Both the position numbers and the translations under genes were made by a program. Below, one piece after another: positions 8,551 to 18,039 of a DNA stretch of 64,000 nt. Source of the DNA: Bdellovibrionia bacterium (GTDB taxonomy: Bacteria; Bdellovibrionota; Bdellovibrionia; Bdellovibrionales; JAGQZY01); the NCBI GenBank assembly GCA_030427805.1, contig JAUICP010000003.1, positions 6,756 to 70,755 on the forward strand, written 5' to 3'. How positions within the stretch are numbered: position 1 is the stretch's first letter; the number at the start of each line of letters is the position of its first letter. A model generated the notes under the pieces. It was not told the origin of the DNA, made no database searches, and saw only the letters and a list, made by a program, of their open reading frames with translations.

Positions 8551-11168
8551 TGTACTTGTTTGGTGAGTTTATAGACTCTGATAAAATTGATGTTGAATTG
8601 GCTGAACAAATTCTTGAACAGGCCTATGAAAGACAAAGTACTTTTGCCACCTATCCCATCGAAAAAAGCTTTTCAGTTCTTGCCAAGGTGAAGGAACTTT
8701 GGAGCGATGAAAACTCTCCCTATCGCAAAGAGGCCCTTGATAAGCTTCCAGAAATTACTGGGTTTTCGCGACCGATGATCGAAGAAGCACTGAAACACGT
8801 TCAGTTTATGTTAGACCCAGAAACCCTGCGAAAGAAGCTAGAAACAGAACTCGTGGGCTATCCCCGTTTAGGTGAGTTGAAAGATCAACCCGGCAAACGC
8901 GAGTATTTCTGGAGCCCCCTAGGTGTTTGTCTCCACGTGATCTCGGGCAATGTCTTTTTGGCGGGCCTCGGATCATTTATTGAGGGTGTTCTGACCTCGA
9001 ACATGAGTCTCCTAAAAATGTCTTCCCAAGAAACCTTTTTCTTACCACTGTTTCTTAAATCATTAAAAGAAGTGGATGAGGAGGGTGTCTTGAGTGCTTC
9101 GGTGGCGGCCTTTAATTACTCATCCTCACAAAAAGAAGTCCTTGATACATTGAAAAATCAGGTCGACGGATTGGTCGTTTGGGGCGGCGATGAAGCCATC
9201 TCAGCCTATCGCAATGGAACTCCAGCTCGAACGCGAATGATCGAGTTTGGCCCAAAGCTCAGTCTGGCCTATATATCAAAAAACACTTTGAAAACCCCTG
9301 TTGAGCTGGCCCAAAAGATTGCCGATGATCTCTCCATTTGGGACCAACAGGCCTGTACGGCCCCACAAATGATTTACTGTGAATCTCCTGAACTGGCAAA
9401 AAACCTTATTGACGCCTTAACCGTCGAACTTGATCACCTGCAAAAAACGCGGCCCTTGGGTGAAGTCGATAGTCAAAGCGCTGTAGAAATTCAAAAACTT
9501 CGTAGCATTGCCGAACTCGAAATGGCCATGGGAATCGGTTACTACAAAGCCCCTCTCAATGATCTTCATTATACACTCTGGGGCACGCAAAAAACTGAAA
9601 TCGAAAGCTCTCCTCTTTACCGGACTTTACGAATTGTTATGTCTGCGGACCTAGAAACTTTTAAGAAAGAGGCCTCCCAGTTTCGCGGCCACCTCCAGAC
9701 CCTTGGGCTCGAATGTCATCCCGAAGAGTACGAATCCTATAGGTCGCAATTTTTGGGAACGGGAATTGTTCGCATCATGCCTCTTGGACAAATGGCAGGT
9801 GGAGCCATAGATGATCCCCACGATGGACAGTACGACCTACGGCAGTTGATGAACCTGTCTTTTTGTTACCGACCCGTTCATCAAGTCAATTACCAATCCA
9901 GTCACTTCGCAGATCGAGCGGATTTGCAGAAGGCCATTGAAGTCAAACTACAAAGACTGGGCGAGAATGCTAAGAAGTCCGAATACTACGGAAAAATTCT
10001 TGCAACCCGCGACTTGAAGTCTCTTGAGGATCTCGAAAAATTTCCGATTCTGACCCGTGATCTTCTCGACGAAAATCACTTTCCCCAGAGCGATAATTTA
10101 ACGACAAAAAATTGGACCGGTGGCTATGTCACTCGAAGCGGAGGCTCAACAGGGCAACCGAAATTTTCGATTTACGACGGCGAAGACTGGCAGAGAATGA
10201 TGGATCACGGCGAATTAGTCCTTCGATCGGCTGGCCTTGAAGAATCCGATCGCTTGGCAAACTTTATGTTGGCCGGCGACCTCTACGGCGGCTTTGTTTC
10301 TTTTGACGAAATCAATAAGATGATCGGTTTGACTTCTTTTTCTTTTGCCGGAAGCCGCGACGCTCAACTATTTAGTCAAATTCAACAGCAATTTGCTATC
10401 AATGTGGTCATGGGGGTTCCCACATCAGTTCTTCCTCTTCTAAGAGAAGCAAAAGGACTCAACCCAGACTTGCAGTTAGAAAAACTCATTTACGCCGGCT
10501 CTCCGCTCAGTAAGAGCGATCGAACTTGGCTCGAAGAAGAATTGGGCACAAAAAGAATTGCTAGTGTTATCGGCGCCAATGATGGTGGACAAATCGCTTT
10601 TCAATGCGAAAAGCAACAAGGTCGAATGCATCACCTCGTCGACGATTTCAACTATGTCGAAATTGTCGATGAAAAGGGACAAAAACTTGAAGATGGCCTC
10701 GCCGGACGTATTTTGATTACAAGTCTTGAGAAATTTGCCTTTCCACTCATTCGATACGATATCGGTGATCTCGGTAAAATACATACGGATCTTTGCTCTT
10801 GTGGCCGAAAATCTCGAGTCCTAGAGTATCTCGGTCGATCCGATCAAAGTTTAGCCATCGGTATGCTCAATATCGATTGCCGACACTTGGATCCCATTTT
10901 TTCTGATTTTGGCGTCACGGAATATCAAATCAGGGCGATCAGTGAAGAAGGTCAAGAGGGAATCAAATTGGCCCTGGAGTCAAACACTTGGACAGAGTCC
11001 AATAAAGGACAACTCCAAGATCAACTCTTTAAAAATGTTAAAAATTTGCAAAAGCGAATGGATGAAGGCTACCTCAAGTTCTTTGAAATCGATTTTCTTC
11101 GAAGCGGAGAAATCCCGAGAGACCTTAGAACCGGAAAAACCAAAAGGATTATTGATGAGCGAATTTAG
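8547..11168 (+). CDS. LuxC-type acyl-CoA reductase fused to a C-terminal PaaK-like adenylating domain
   Basis: N half: PLGVCLHVISGNV, LKMSS, VVWGGDEA, FGPKLS, WDQQACTAPQ, PHDG. C half: RSGGSTGQPK, FPLIRYDIGD, CSCGR, RTGK. ATGA overlap with the luxE-like stop. Confidence 0.85.
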   Translation: MMYLFGEFIDSDKIDVELAEQILEQAYERQSTFATYPIEKSFSVLAKVKELWSDENSPYRKEALDKLPEITGFSRPMIEEALKHVQFMLDPETLRKKLETELVGYPRLGELKDQPGKREYFWSPLGVCLHVISGNVFLAGLGSFIEGVLTSNMSLLKMSSQETFFLPLFLKSLKEVDEEGVLSASVAAFNYSSSQKEVLDTLKNQVDGLVVWGGDEAISAYRNGTPARTRMIEFGPKLSLAYISKNTLKTPVELAQKIADDLSIWDQQACTAPQMIYCESPELAKNLIDALTVELDHLQKTRPLGEVDSQSAVEIQKLRSIAELEMAMGIGYYKAPLNDLHYTLWGTQKTEIESSPLYRTLRIVMSADLETFKKEASQFRGHLQTLGLECHPEEYESYRSQFLGTGIVRIMPLGQMAGGAIDDPHDGQYDLRQLMNLSFCYRPVHQVNYQSSHFADRADLQKAIEVKLQRLGENAKKSEYYGKILATRDLKSLEDLEKFPILTRDLLDENHFPQSDNLTTKNWTGGYVTRSGGSTGQPKFSIYDGEDWQRMMDHGELVLRSAGLEESDRLANFMLAGDLYGGFVSFDEINKMIGLTSFSFAGSRDAQLFSQIQQQFAINVVMGVPTSVLPLLREAKGLNPDLQLEKLIYAGSPLSKSDRTWLEEELGTKRIASVIGANDGGQIAFQCEKQQGRMHHLVDDFNYVEIVDEKGQKLEDGLAGRILITSLEKFAFPLIRYDIGDLGKIHTDLCSCGRKSRVLEYLGRSDQSLAIGMLNIDCRHLDPIFSDFGVTEYQIRAISEEGQEGIKLALESNTWTESNKGQLQDQLFKNVKNLQKRMDEGYLKFFEIDFLRSGEIPRDLRTGKTKRIIDERI

Positions 11169-12387
11169 TGGAACCTACACCATTAGAGAAGCGCAAAAAG
11201 AGGACACTTTTGCGATTCAAAAGGTTTATCAACTCGCAGACGAGTCGCTCTTCGACACGGCCTTCTTTTCGAATTATCAAAGGATTCAAAACTCCTTCAA
11301 TGCCCCCGATCAACTTTGGATGGTTCTCGAACACGGTGGCCAGATCGTGGGTTTCGCATGGTGCTTTGTTGACCGCTCGCAAAGAATCGCAAAAATATCG
11401 CGACTCCTCGTCTCTTTTGAGGATCGCAAAGAAAAACGTGAAAAAACTCGAGCCTTTTTAAAACTACTCATTGATTATATTGGCGCCCTCAGCTGTGGTA
11501 TTGACATTCTGTGGGCCAACTCTAGACCCCTCGATCAAGATCAAAATCTTCCAGCCGAATTGGGATTTAAAGTCCTTGGAATCTTTCCAAACGGAAAAGA
11601 GGAAGATCACACACTGGTCACGGCTCTTATCGCTTATTTTTATGATAAAACCCTTGAGAAAGACCGAATTAAAGACAATCCCATCCATCCGAGCCTCAAA
11701 AATCTCTACAATATCGCCAGAGACGAATGTGAACTCCCTGAAGTTACGATCTCTCCCCTTGATAATCCTCCCGAGATCAGTCTTGATTCTCCAAAGCGCC
11801 TAGAACTCATAAAGGCAAAAAGCTTTGTCGAACACCGGTTTGACCGATTGAAGAAGAGAAACTTTCTATCGACAACGTTCTACCCGTTTCACAGACCTAA
11901 TACCTTGATTACTAATCCCGAACAAAGCATCGAACTCTTTGTCCGAGTCTTTCCGGCGCAAAAGATGGCGACAGTCGTTGCCGAAAGAATTGAACTCGAT
12001 GTCGACCCGATTAAAGTCTATCAACAGGTCTGTCGAATTTTAAAAGATGAGTCTTATAACTACATCGAAGTCATCAATGATGCTGGTGATGTTTGGGGCT
12101 GTGAGTACCTCATGAAGGCGGGGTTTGTTCCTTGCTGCTACTTTCCCAGTCTCAAAAAACATAACAACAGGAGACGGGATTACGTTGTTCTAGCTAGGTC
12201 CTATGAACATTTTGTCTATCCAAAATTAGAGCTGGATCCGATCTATATCAACTACCTGGTTCAATACCACCAGCTCGCCAGCGAGCTTCATCAGATTCTC
12301 TCGCCGGTGCAATCTAAGCATGGTATGAAAATTAAAAAACCCGTGGAAAGAACCTCTGTTCACACCGATTCATTTGGAAGTCTATAG
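11155..12387 (+). CDS. Tandem-GNAT-like acyltransferase
   Basis: TIREAQKED, GQIVGFAW, AKISRLLV, LGFKVLGIFP, then GFVPCCYFP; likely ATG 11155 overlapping the luxC-fusion end. Confidence 0.65.
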   Translation: MSEFSGTYTIREAQKEDTFAIQKVYQLADESLFDTAFFSNYQRIQNSFNAPDQLWMVLEHGGQIVGFAWCFVDRSQRIAKISRLLVSFEDRKEKREKTRAFLKLLIDYIGALSCGIDILWANSRPLDQDQNLPAELGFKVLGIFPNGKEEDHTLVTALIAYFYDKTLEKDRIKDNPIHPSLKNLYNIARDECELPEVTISPLDNPPEISLDSPKRLELIKAKSFVEHRFDRLKKRNFLSTTFYPFHRPNTLITNPEQSIELFVRVFPAQKMATVVAERIELDVDPIKVYQQVCRILKDESYNYIEVINDAGDVWGCEYLMKAGFVPCCYFPSLKKHNNRRRDYVVLARSYEHFVYPKLELDPIYINYLVQYHQLASELHQILSPVQSKHGMKIKKPVERTSVHTDSFGSL

Positions 12388-13255
12388 GTTGAAAAATTCG
12401 ACCTGATAGGCCTCCCATACTCTGTGCTCGCGGTATGGGGCTCATCTTCCAAGGATTCTTACTGGGATCATTTGCCTTAAAACTATCAATGAGCTCCAGG
12501 AAATAACCATTGAAATTAATATGAGGACCATCCACAAAATTGAGACTTCGCAAATTAAAGGGGGATTGATCCCCTTCATTAAGAGTCAAGAAGTGCTCTC
12601 TCTCCGCTTCAGGGCTTAAAGTGAAAATCTCTTGGCCAGGAACAATAGCTTTGTGGGATTGAAACCCCTCGAACTCTTCGGGATTGAAATCGATATCTAT
12701 CAATAGCGGGTAATTGCGATCCTGTTTAATGATCTCCAATGAATTCGGCATGACCGCTGAACCACTGGTCAAATAGAGTCTGGCGTCCTTCTTTCGATCC
12801 CATGTTCTCTGCACAAATTGAATCCAACGACTCAATGGCACAGGTCTTTGTTCGGGAATGATTGGGTCGAGTGCCCAAAGGTTTCCTTGCTCATCAGGTA
12901 CTACGAAAGATACATGAAATCGCCATTCGGGGTTGGCAGCACCGGGTCTTCGCAAATCTCCAACGATGAAAATGTGCTGCATTTGAGAAAAGTCCAGGCC
13001 CAGCGACGAGGCTACGAGGGCTCCCGTCATCGACCTTCCAAAACAGAAGCCAATTAATCCTTCGGGGTCATATTTCGAAATTCGATCCGTGCGCGCCACG
13101 GGGTGAGAAATCTGCAAACCGTAGAGCTTTTGAATCTCTGATTGCGAAACGAAAGGTTTTTGACCTCTCAGTAAGAGCTCGCGGAAATCCTCCATCTGCG
13201 CCCAACTTGACGGCAGACATGAAAAAAATATGAAAAGGAAAATGACTAATTTCAT
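12332..13255 (-). CDS. Secreted protein-glutaminase/papain-like Cys-His-Asp enzyme
   Basis: Signal peptide; GFCFGR...WRFHVS...WALDP triad spacing resembles protein glutaminase (GCxAR...WxYHVA...VIDP). Confidence 0.6.
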   Translation of the reverse strand: MKLVIFLFIFFSCLPSSWAQMEDFRELLLRGQKPFVSQSEIQKLYGLQISHPVARTDRISKYDPEGLIGFCFGRSMTGALVASSLGLDFSQMQHIFIVGDLRRPGAANPEWRFHVSFVVPDEQGNLWALDPIIPEQRPVPLSRWIQFVQRTWDRKKDARLYLTSGSAVMPNSLEIIKQDRNYPLLIDIDFNPEEFEGFQSHKAIVPGQEIFTLSPEAEREHFLTLNEGDQSPFNLRSLNFVDGPHINFNGYFLELIDSFKANDPSKNPWKMSPIPRAQSMGGLSGRIFQPIDFQMNRCEQRFFPRVF

Positions 13256-13316
13256 AGTCTATTGAGATAAGCAGGATTCATGCACAAGGATCTGGTTTTT
13301 AGGTCCAACAGGGGGC

Positions 13317-16300
13317 TTAAGAGGCTTGGGAGAGTGACTGAGAAAGGCGTTCAAAGAGCCTTTTTTCGATACCCTGAAGAACTCCGGGACTCACCTGCCC
13401 TAAGAGTTTCTCCATCTCAGAAATGTCCCCGGCCGCACGGGCAATGAGTGCTCCGAGGAGAGATAGGGATTCTTTGTGCTTATTCTGTCCCGTCTTGGCC
13501 AATGACTGCCAAAGCTGTCTCGCATTCCAAAGATCTCCCTTCAGAAGGCGAGTAAAAATCAACTGAATTGACTGAAAATCCTTATCGCTCTGGGTACGGC
13601 TCAGGTCATCGGCTAGGGCCCGAGTCTGTTGATTGGCCATTAACTTATAGAAAGCATCCATATCCAAACGCTCAGGAGCAACAAACTCGCTACTTAAACT
13701 TTGATCTTTGCACTGCAAATACTGACAAACAAAAAGAGAGTCGCCACTATTGATATCTGCCAGGTATCTATTGGCTTCCTTTTGCTTAGAGCACTCCTCA
13801 TCCTCAACTTCCTTCTCCTTGACCAACTCGAGGGATTTCGCATCAATCTGCGCGACAAAGTCTTTAAATTGGGGATGGTCTATGGCCGGCTCTTTGAGTT
13901 GATTGAGTTGCTTGCTCGTAAATTCTGTCAAAAGTCCGGTCGAACACAAGGCCTTTTCCTTCACCCGAGGCGACCAGTGCCTGGTGAGTTTATAAAGGCT
14001 TTTTCGTGAGCCTTCAAATTTTTGCAGAAGCTTTGTGACACGGGCGACCCGCTCTTGAAGTTTTCCCGCTGGGTCCTTTGCCGTACTTGCAGGAAGTCTA
14101 TCCAGTTGAGGTGTTTTAATTTCTTTAAATTTGCCAAAAGCAATAATATTAAGGACTCGATGCCACGACGTTAAAAGAAGGGCTTGATCCTTCAGCTTCC
14201 TAAATTGCCCTTTAAAGTACCGAGACGTACTGTCTGTCTTATGAGGATCGTCATGGAGGAGAATGTGGTCTCTGACTAAAAGGGCGACCGAAGAATCCGG
14301 TTTCTTTACCTTCTCCATTATTTTCTTAAGCCAAGCTAAAGATTCCTCGCGGTTTTTAAGCCATAGGAATGATCTAGAGACATACTCCATTTGATCGGTC
14401 GTCAATGGATAACCCGCCTGGACATAGCTGGTCAAGTAACTCCTAAATTCACTTTCACGATTAAGAAGTGGGGCTAAAACTATAAGACGGAATCCCAATG
14501 TCTTGCGTAGATTCTGATCAACCAACGGATATAACTTTTTAAGGGACTCAAAAAGGCCAACCCATTTTTTTGATTTCTCATAGATTTGAGACTCTTTCCG
14601 ATATATCGCTGTCAAAAGACCTTTTTGCTCAAAACTGAGATCCAGAGTTTGGGGGTTCATTGATTTTTCAAAGTCTTTTAACTTTTCGAAAAACAAATCA
14701 TTTTCTTTCTCGGAGTAACTAATCATGAGGTTGTGCCAGGCTCTAAACTGCACGTCTTTATTAAATTGATAAGAGATGGCCTTCTCATACCATTCTCTGT
14801 AACCGGTCTCTCCGGGTTTCGGTTGCGATCCACCTGAAAAACCCTCCTGAAAAGCTGATTCCTGAAGAATCTCCTGTAAATTGGCCACAAACTTGTCCAA
14901 TTCCCGAGAAGAGTCAAAGCGCTTGGCCATTTTTAAGACTTCGTCCGTGAGGGAGTGGGCCAACTCATATTCTTTCTTAGCATACTTTCTCTTATTCTCT
15001 TCGAAGTACAAAAAAGCAAAACGAGAACTAAAGCCCTTCTCTTTGAGTAAACTTGGCATTTCTCTTTTTATGAAATCATGTTGACCCAGGTGATTTGCCG
15101 CTTCAAAAAGATATCGAGAGATGTTCAATTTTTGCTCTTTAAGAATTTTATTGCGGTAGACCCATTGGGACTCTATGAATATTTTCTGCCATTCATTGAG
15201 ATTGGCCTTTTTCTTCAAACTCTCTTGGTCAGCCCGCTCAATAATAATGTTCATGGCACTCAAGCCCGCGTCGATATGATTCTTAAAGTTCTCATCTTCG
15301 CTGGACTTCTTGTACCAAAGAACGGCCTCCCATAATTCTCCTCTTCTCTGCATTCGCTGAGCACCGAAGTAGTAAAACTGACCTCGTTTTAGATCAAAGA
15401 AGATCTTTTGCCAGAAACCATAAAGCTGATCTGTGGCCTTAAAAATCTGTGGGTCATCGGTTTTTCGAGCCTCTTTATGGATAGTGAGAATTAGTTTCTC
15501 GATTTCTGAGAGTAACTTTTCTTTGTTTTTTGAAGAAACGACCTTGATGACTGGCTGAATATATTTCTCTAATTGACCAGATATTTGCAGTCTTTGACCA
15601 TTTGCCAAAAGGGAGCGACTCAACTGACTAAGCCAGGACCATGACTTTGAATCATTGACATGTTGATTAAGTAACCACTGATATCCCGCCACCGCTTGCG
15701 AGAATCGCCCCAACTTTGAGTAGAACTCAATAAGCTCTTCAACGGCGGTGATCCAAGTTTCTCCAGAGAATGAAAATATTTTTAGTTCCTTTAGGGCCTC
15801 ATCAAACGATGTTAACTCTGCGAGCATAATCATCATGTCTTTTCGTGCTTCATCCCGCAAACTACCGGCGGGCAAAGTCTCACCCTTTTCTTCGATGCCT
15901 CGGTAGTAGCGAGTTAATCGTTGAAAATGTCTCAGCGCTTTAAACTTCTGCTTGAGATTATAAAAACACCAGCCCGATTTATAGGTACCGTAGGCTGCTT
16001 TCTGCGGCTTCCCTACAGAAACTAACTTTCTAAAGTAGCCAAGTGCCGTTGAAAAACGCTTCTTTTCAAAATAGTAATCACCGAGTATTTGGTAGGCGTC
16101 TTCTAGATATTCACCACTCGGAAATAATACAGGCAATTTTTTGAGTCGGGCAATAGCCTCACTATCTTGCTCCGCCTCCCAAAGAATAATTGCCGATAAG
16201 AATAAGGCTTCTTCAGGAAGCTTTGGTTTTTCCCCTTTAACGGAAACCTGAAACCAAGGAGAAAGCCACTCGTCAGCATAGAGAAGGGCCTCTTTACTGA

Positions 16301-17204
16301 GTCCCAAGAACTTTTCTGGATCCTCAATTCGATACAGACTTGCCAAATGCCAATAGGTCTCAGCAACCAAATAAGAAATTTCGGGGGTCGAGTTCTTAAT
16401 TCCAGCTTTCCCGACCCTCTTGAGAAGTTCTTTGGCCCGAAAGACATTGGTTTGAAAATCCTTTTTGGGTTTTTCTTCAATAAAACGAAGAAAGTAACCG
16501 TGTAAAAGAAATCGATCTCGCATTTTATTATTGGTTTGAAGATTATGATCCCCAAGATTCTCGAGGATCGGAATCCCTTTGCTGTAGTTTCCGGATTGGA
16601 GTAATTCATAGCTTTCGATCAATTGGTGTTCAAAACTACCCGCCTTGAGATTTTTCCGCACGGCACCGAGCCTCTCGACCTTTTTAGCTTTAATAAAAGT
16701 CCAGGCCAGCTCGATTTGCGCCATCTGAAAAAATGGAGATCCTTTTGGTACTGCCATAAAAAGAACTTCTGATCGCGCGAGGTCATTTTCTTCGTAAAAA
16801 ATCCGAGCCATAGTAATGTAAGCTAAATCGCGCCAAAGACTGAAGTTACCATAGGTACCTATGCTGACGTGATTTGATGATATTCGTTCTATTTTTTGCG
16901 GTATCTCAAATTTATTTTGTACAAATAACTTCTCAAGAATTTCTTTAGCTTGTTTGACCTGCCCTTTTCGGTAAGCCTTGAAGGCTTTAACCGACTGTTG
17001 AACAACATAATCAGGATTACTGGGCTGATATTGACCAAGACTCCATAGGTTTTGACTGTCATTAATTTCTTGGGCGAGTTGGGCTCTCGTTAAAGGAGAG
17101 GTCGAAGCAAAAGCAGAAACGCTAAGGTGCATAGAAACCAGAAGAGCGGCGAGTTTCCCTGCCGCTCCAAGAGCTTTTCTAATGTGAAATATGCAATCAC
17201 CCAT
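13317..17204 (-). CDS. Large exported TPR protein (GltD/AgmU-like)
   Basis: Signal-like segment ending AFA; many TPR helices (AYQILGDYYFEKKRFSTALGYF, GTYKSGWCFYNL); context next to the glt/agl-like operon. Confidence 0.7.
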   Translation of the reverse strand: MGDCIFHIRKALGAAGKLAALLVSMHLSVSAFASTSPLTRAQLAQEINDSQNLWSLGQYQPSNPDYVVQQSVKAFKAYRKGQVKQAKEILEKLFVQNKFEIPQKIERISSNHVSIGTYGNFSLWRDLAYITMARIFYEENDLARSEVLFMAVPKGSPFFQMAQIELAWTFIKAKKVERLGAVRKNLKAGSFEHQLIESYELLQSGNYSKGIPILENLGDHNLQTNNKMRDRFLLHGYFLRFIEEKPKKDFQTNVFRAKELLKRVGKAGIKNSTPEISYLVAETYWHLASLYRIEDPEKFLGLSKEALLYADEWLSPWFQVSVKGEKPKLPEEALFLSAIILWEAEQDSEAIARLKKLPVLFPSGEYLEDAYQILGDYYFEKKRFSTALGYFRKLVSVGKPQKAAYGTYKSGWCFYNLKQKFKALRHFQRLTRYYRGIEEKGETLPAGSLRDEARKDMMIMLAELTSFDEALKELKIFSFSGETWITAVEELIEFYSKLGRFSQAVAGYQWLLNQHVNDSKSWSWLSQLSRSLLANGQRLQISGQLEKYIQPVIKVVSSKNKEKLLSEIEKLILTIHKEARKTDDPQIFKATDQLYGFWQKIFFDLKRGQFYYFGAQRMQRRGELWEAVLWYKKSSEDENFKNHIDAGLSAMNIIIERADQESLKKKANLNEWQKIFIESQWVYRNKILKEQKLNISRYLFEAANHLGQHDFIKREMPSLLKEKGFSSRFAFLYFEENKRKYAKKEYELAHSLTDEVLKMAKRFDSSRELDKFVANLQEILQESAFQEGFSGGSQPKPGETGYREWYEKAISYQFNKDVQFRAWHNLMISYSEKENDLFFEKLKDFEKSMNPQTLDLSFEQKGLLTAIYRKESQIYEKSKKWVGLFESLKKLYPLVDQNLRKTLGFRLIVLAPLLNRESEFRSYLTSYVQAGYPLTTDQMEYVSRSFLWLKNREESLAWLKKIMEKVKKPDSSVALLVRDHILLHDDPHKTDSTSRYFKGQFRKLKDQALLLTSWHRVLNIIAFGKFKEIKTPQLDRLPASTAKDPAGKLQERVARVTKLLQKFEGSRKSLYKLTRHWSPRVKEKALCSTGLLTEFTSKQLNQLKEPAIDHPQFKDFVAQIDAKSLELVKEKEVEDEECSKQKEANRYLADINSGDSLFVCQYLQCKDQSLSSEFVAPERLDMDAFYKLMANQQTRALADDLSRTQSDKDFQSIQLIFTRLLKGDLWNARQLWQSLAKTGQNKHKESLSLLGALIARAAGDISEMEKLLGQVSPGVLQGIEKRLFERLSQSLSQAS

Positions 17205-17213
17205 TAATCTGCC

Positions 17214-17879
17214 CTAGGAAACTTCCTTTTCCTTTTCTTTACCCTCGCCCATCTCGCGTAAGGTGTTAATCACGTAGCCGGCCAACTGACGTCTCAGCTT
17301 TGGACTCAGACGGTAGAAAAAAAGGCCCAACCCCACTCCACCCGACTCCTGAGGAACTTTCAGTATAATCACCGCACTACTTGAAACCGTACCAATAGAT
17401 CCCGGTAGGTTTCTAAAGGTGGCCGTCACCTCCATACCAAGGTCGAATTGATCCGCGTCATTGATAATGACAAAGGAACCTCGTTCGCTAATATCCTTAG
17501 TCTTGCCGACACTCACGACAAAGTTATTATGCATTATAACTCGCGCCTTTAGGGGTGCACGCGGATACCGTCTATACAAGTTAGCCTGATCGAGACCACC
17601 GCTATCTCGCAATAACTTCAGCGAAGGTAATGAGACCCCTTTTTTATTACTAAACTTCTTTGGAGGCGGAAAGGTCGGAGGCTTTTTGAATTGCTTAGAG
17701 AAGTCTCTAAACTCGAAGACCCGACGCCACTTTCGTTCACTCAGGTCGGGGGTCCAGATGACATCATCCCAACTGAGCTTTTCCTGTATCAACATGGCCA
17801 TCACTTCCTCTGTCGACAGAGGTCCTAGTGGTTCCTTATTTTTTTCGTCGGCAATGTACCATTCTTTTGCGTCGGCCAA
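17214..17879 (-). CDS. GYF_2 (DUF4339) + PilZ domain protein
   Basis: WYI...LGPLS...VIWTPDL..W GYF_2 pattern; PilZ RRYPR and DISERG motifs. Confidence 0.85.
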   Translation of the reverse strand: MADAKEWYIADEKNKEPLGPLSTEEVMAMLIQEKLSWDDVIWTPDLSERKWRRVFEFRDFSKQFKKPPTFPPPKKFSNKKGVSLPSLKLLRDSGGLDQANLYRRYPRAPLKARVIMHNNFVVSVGKTKDISERGSFVIINDADQFDLGMEVTATFRNLPGSIGTVSSSAVIILKVPQESGGVGLGLFFYRLSPKLRRQLAGYVINTLREMGEGKEKEKEVS

Positions 17880-17897
17880 AGTCTCCTCCAGTGTTTT

Positions 17898-17925
17898 CTA
17901 TCGGGATAATTAAAGACAAATTCGA
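17898..17925 (-). promoter_or_regulatory. Putative sigma28 (FliA) promoter
   Basis: Minus strand TCGAA-N15-CCCGATAG. Confidence 0.4.
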
Positions 17926-17971
17926 GGTCCAGATTGGCAAAATTAATTGCAACACCTAGGTCGTGATCGGC

Positions 17972-17999
17972 TAAGGGGGAGCGCCAGCGAGGCCGATAA
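17972..17999 (+). promoter_or_regulatory. Putative sigma28 (FliA) promoter
   Basis: TAAG-N16-GCCGATAA with a perfect -10 element. Confidence 0.6.
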
Positions 18000-18039
18000 A
18001 CATTAGTAATATTTTTTTTAAAAAAAAGGATGGGTTTCG

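Noticed and set aside
7429-11168. Bioluminescence (lux) operon
   Set aside because: No luxA/luxB luciferase, luxD or luxG in the operon.
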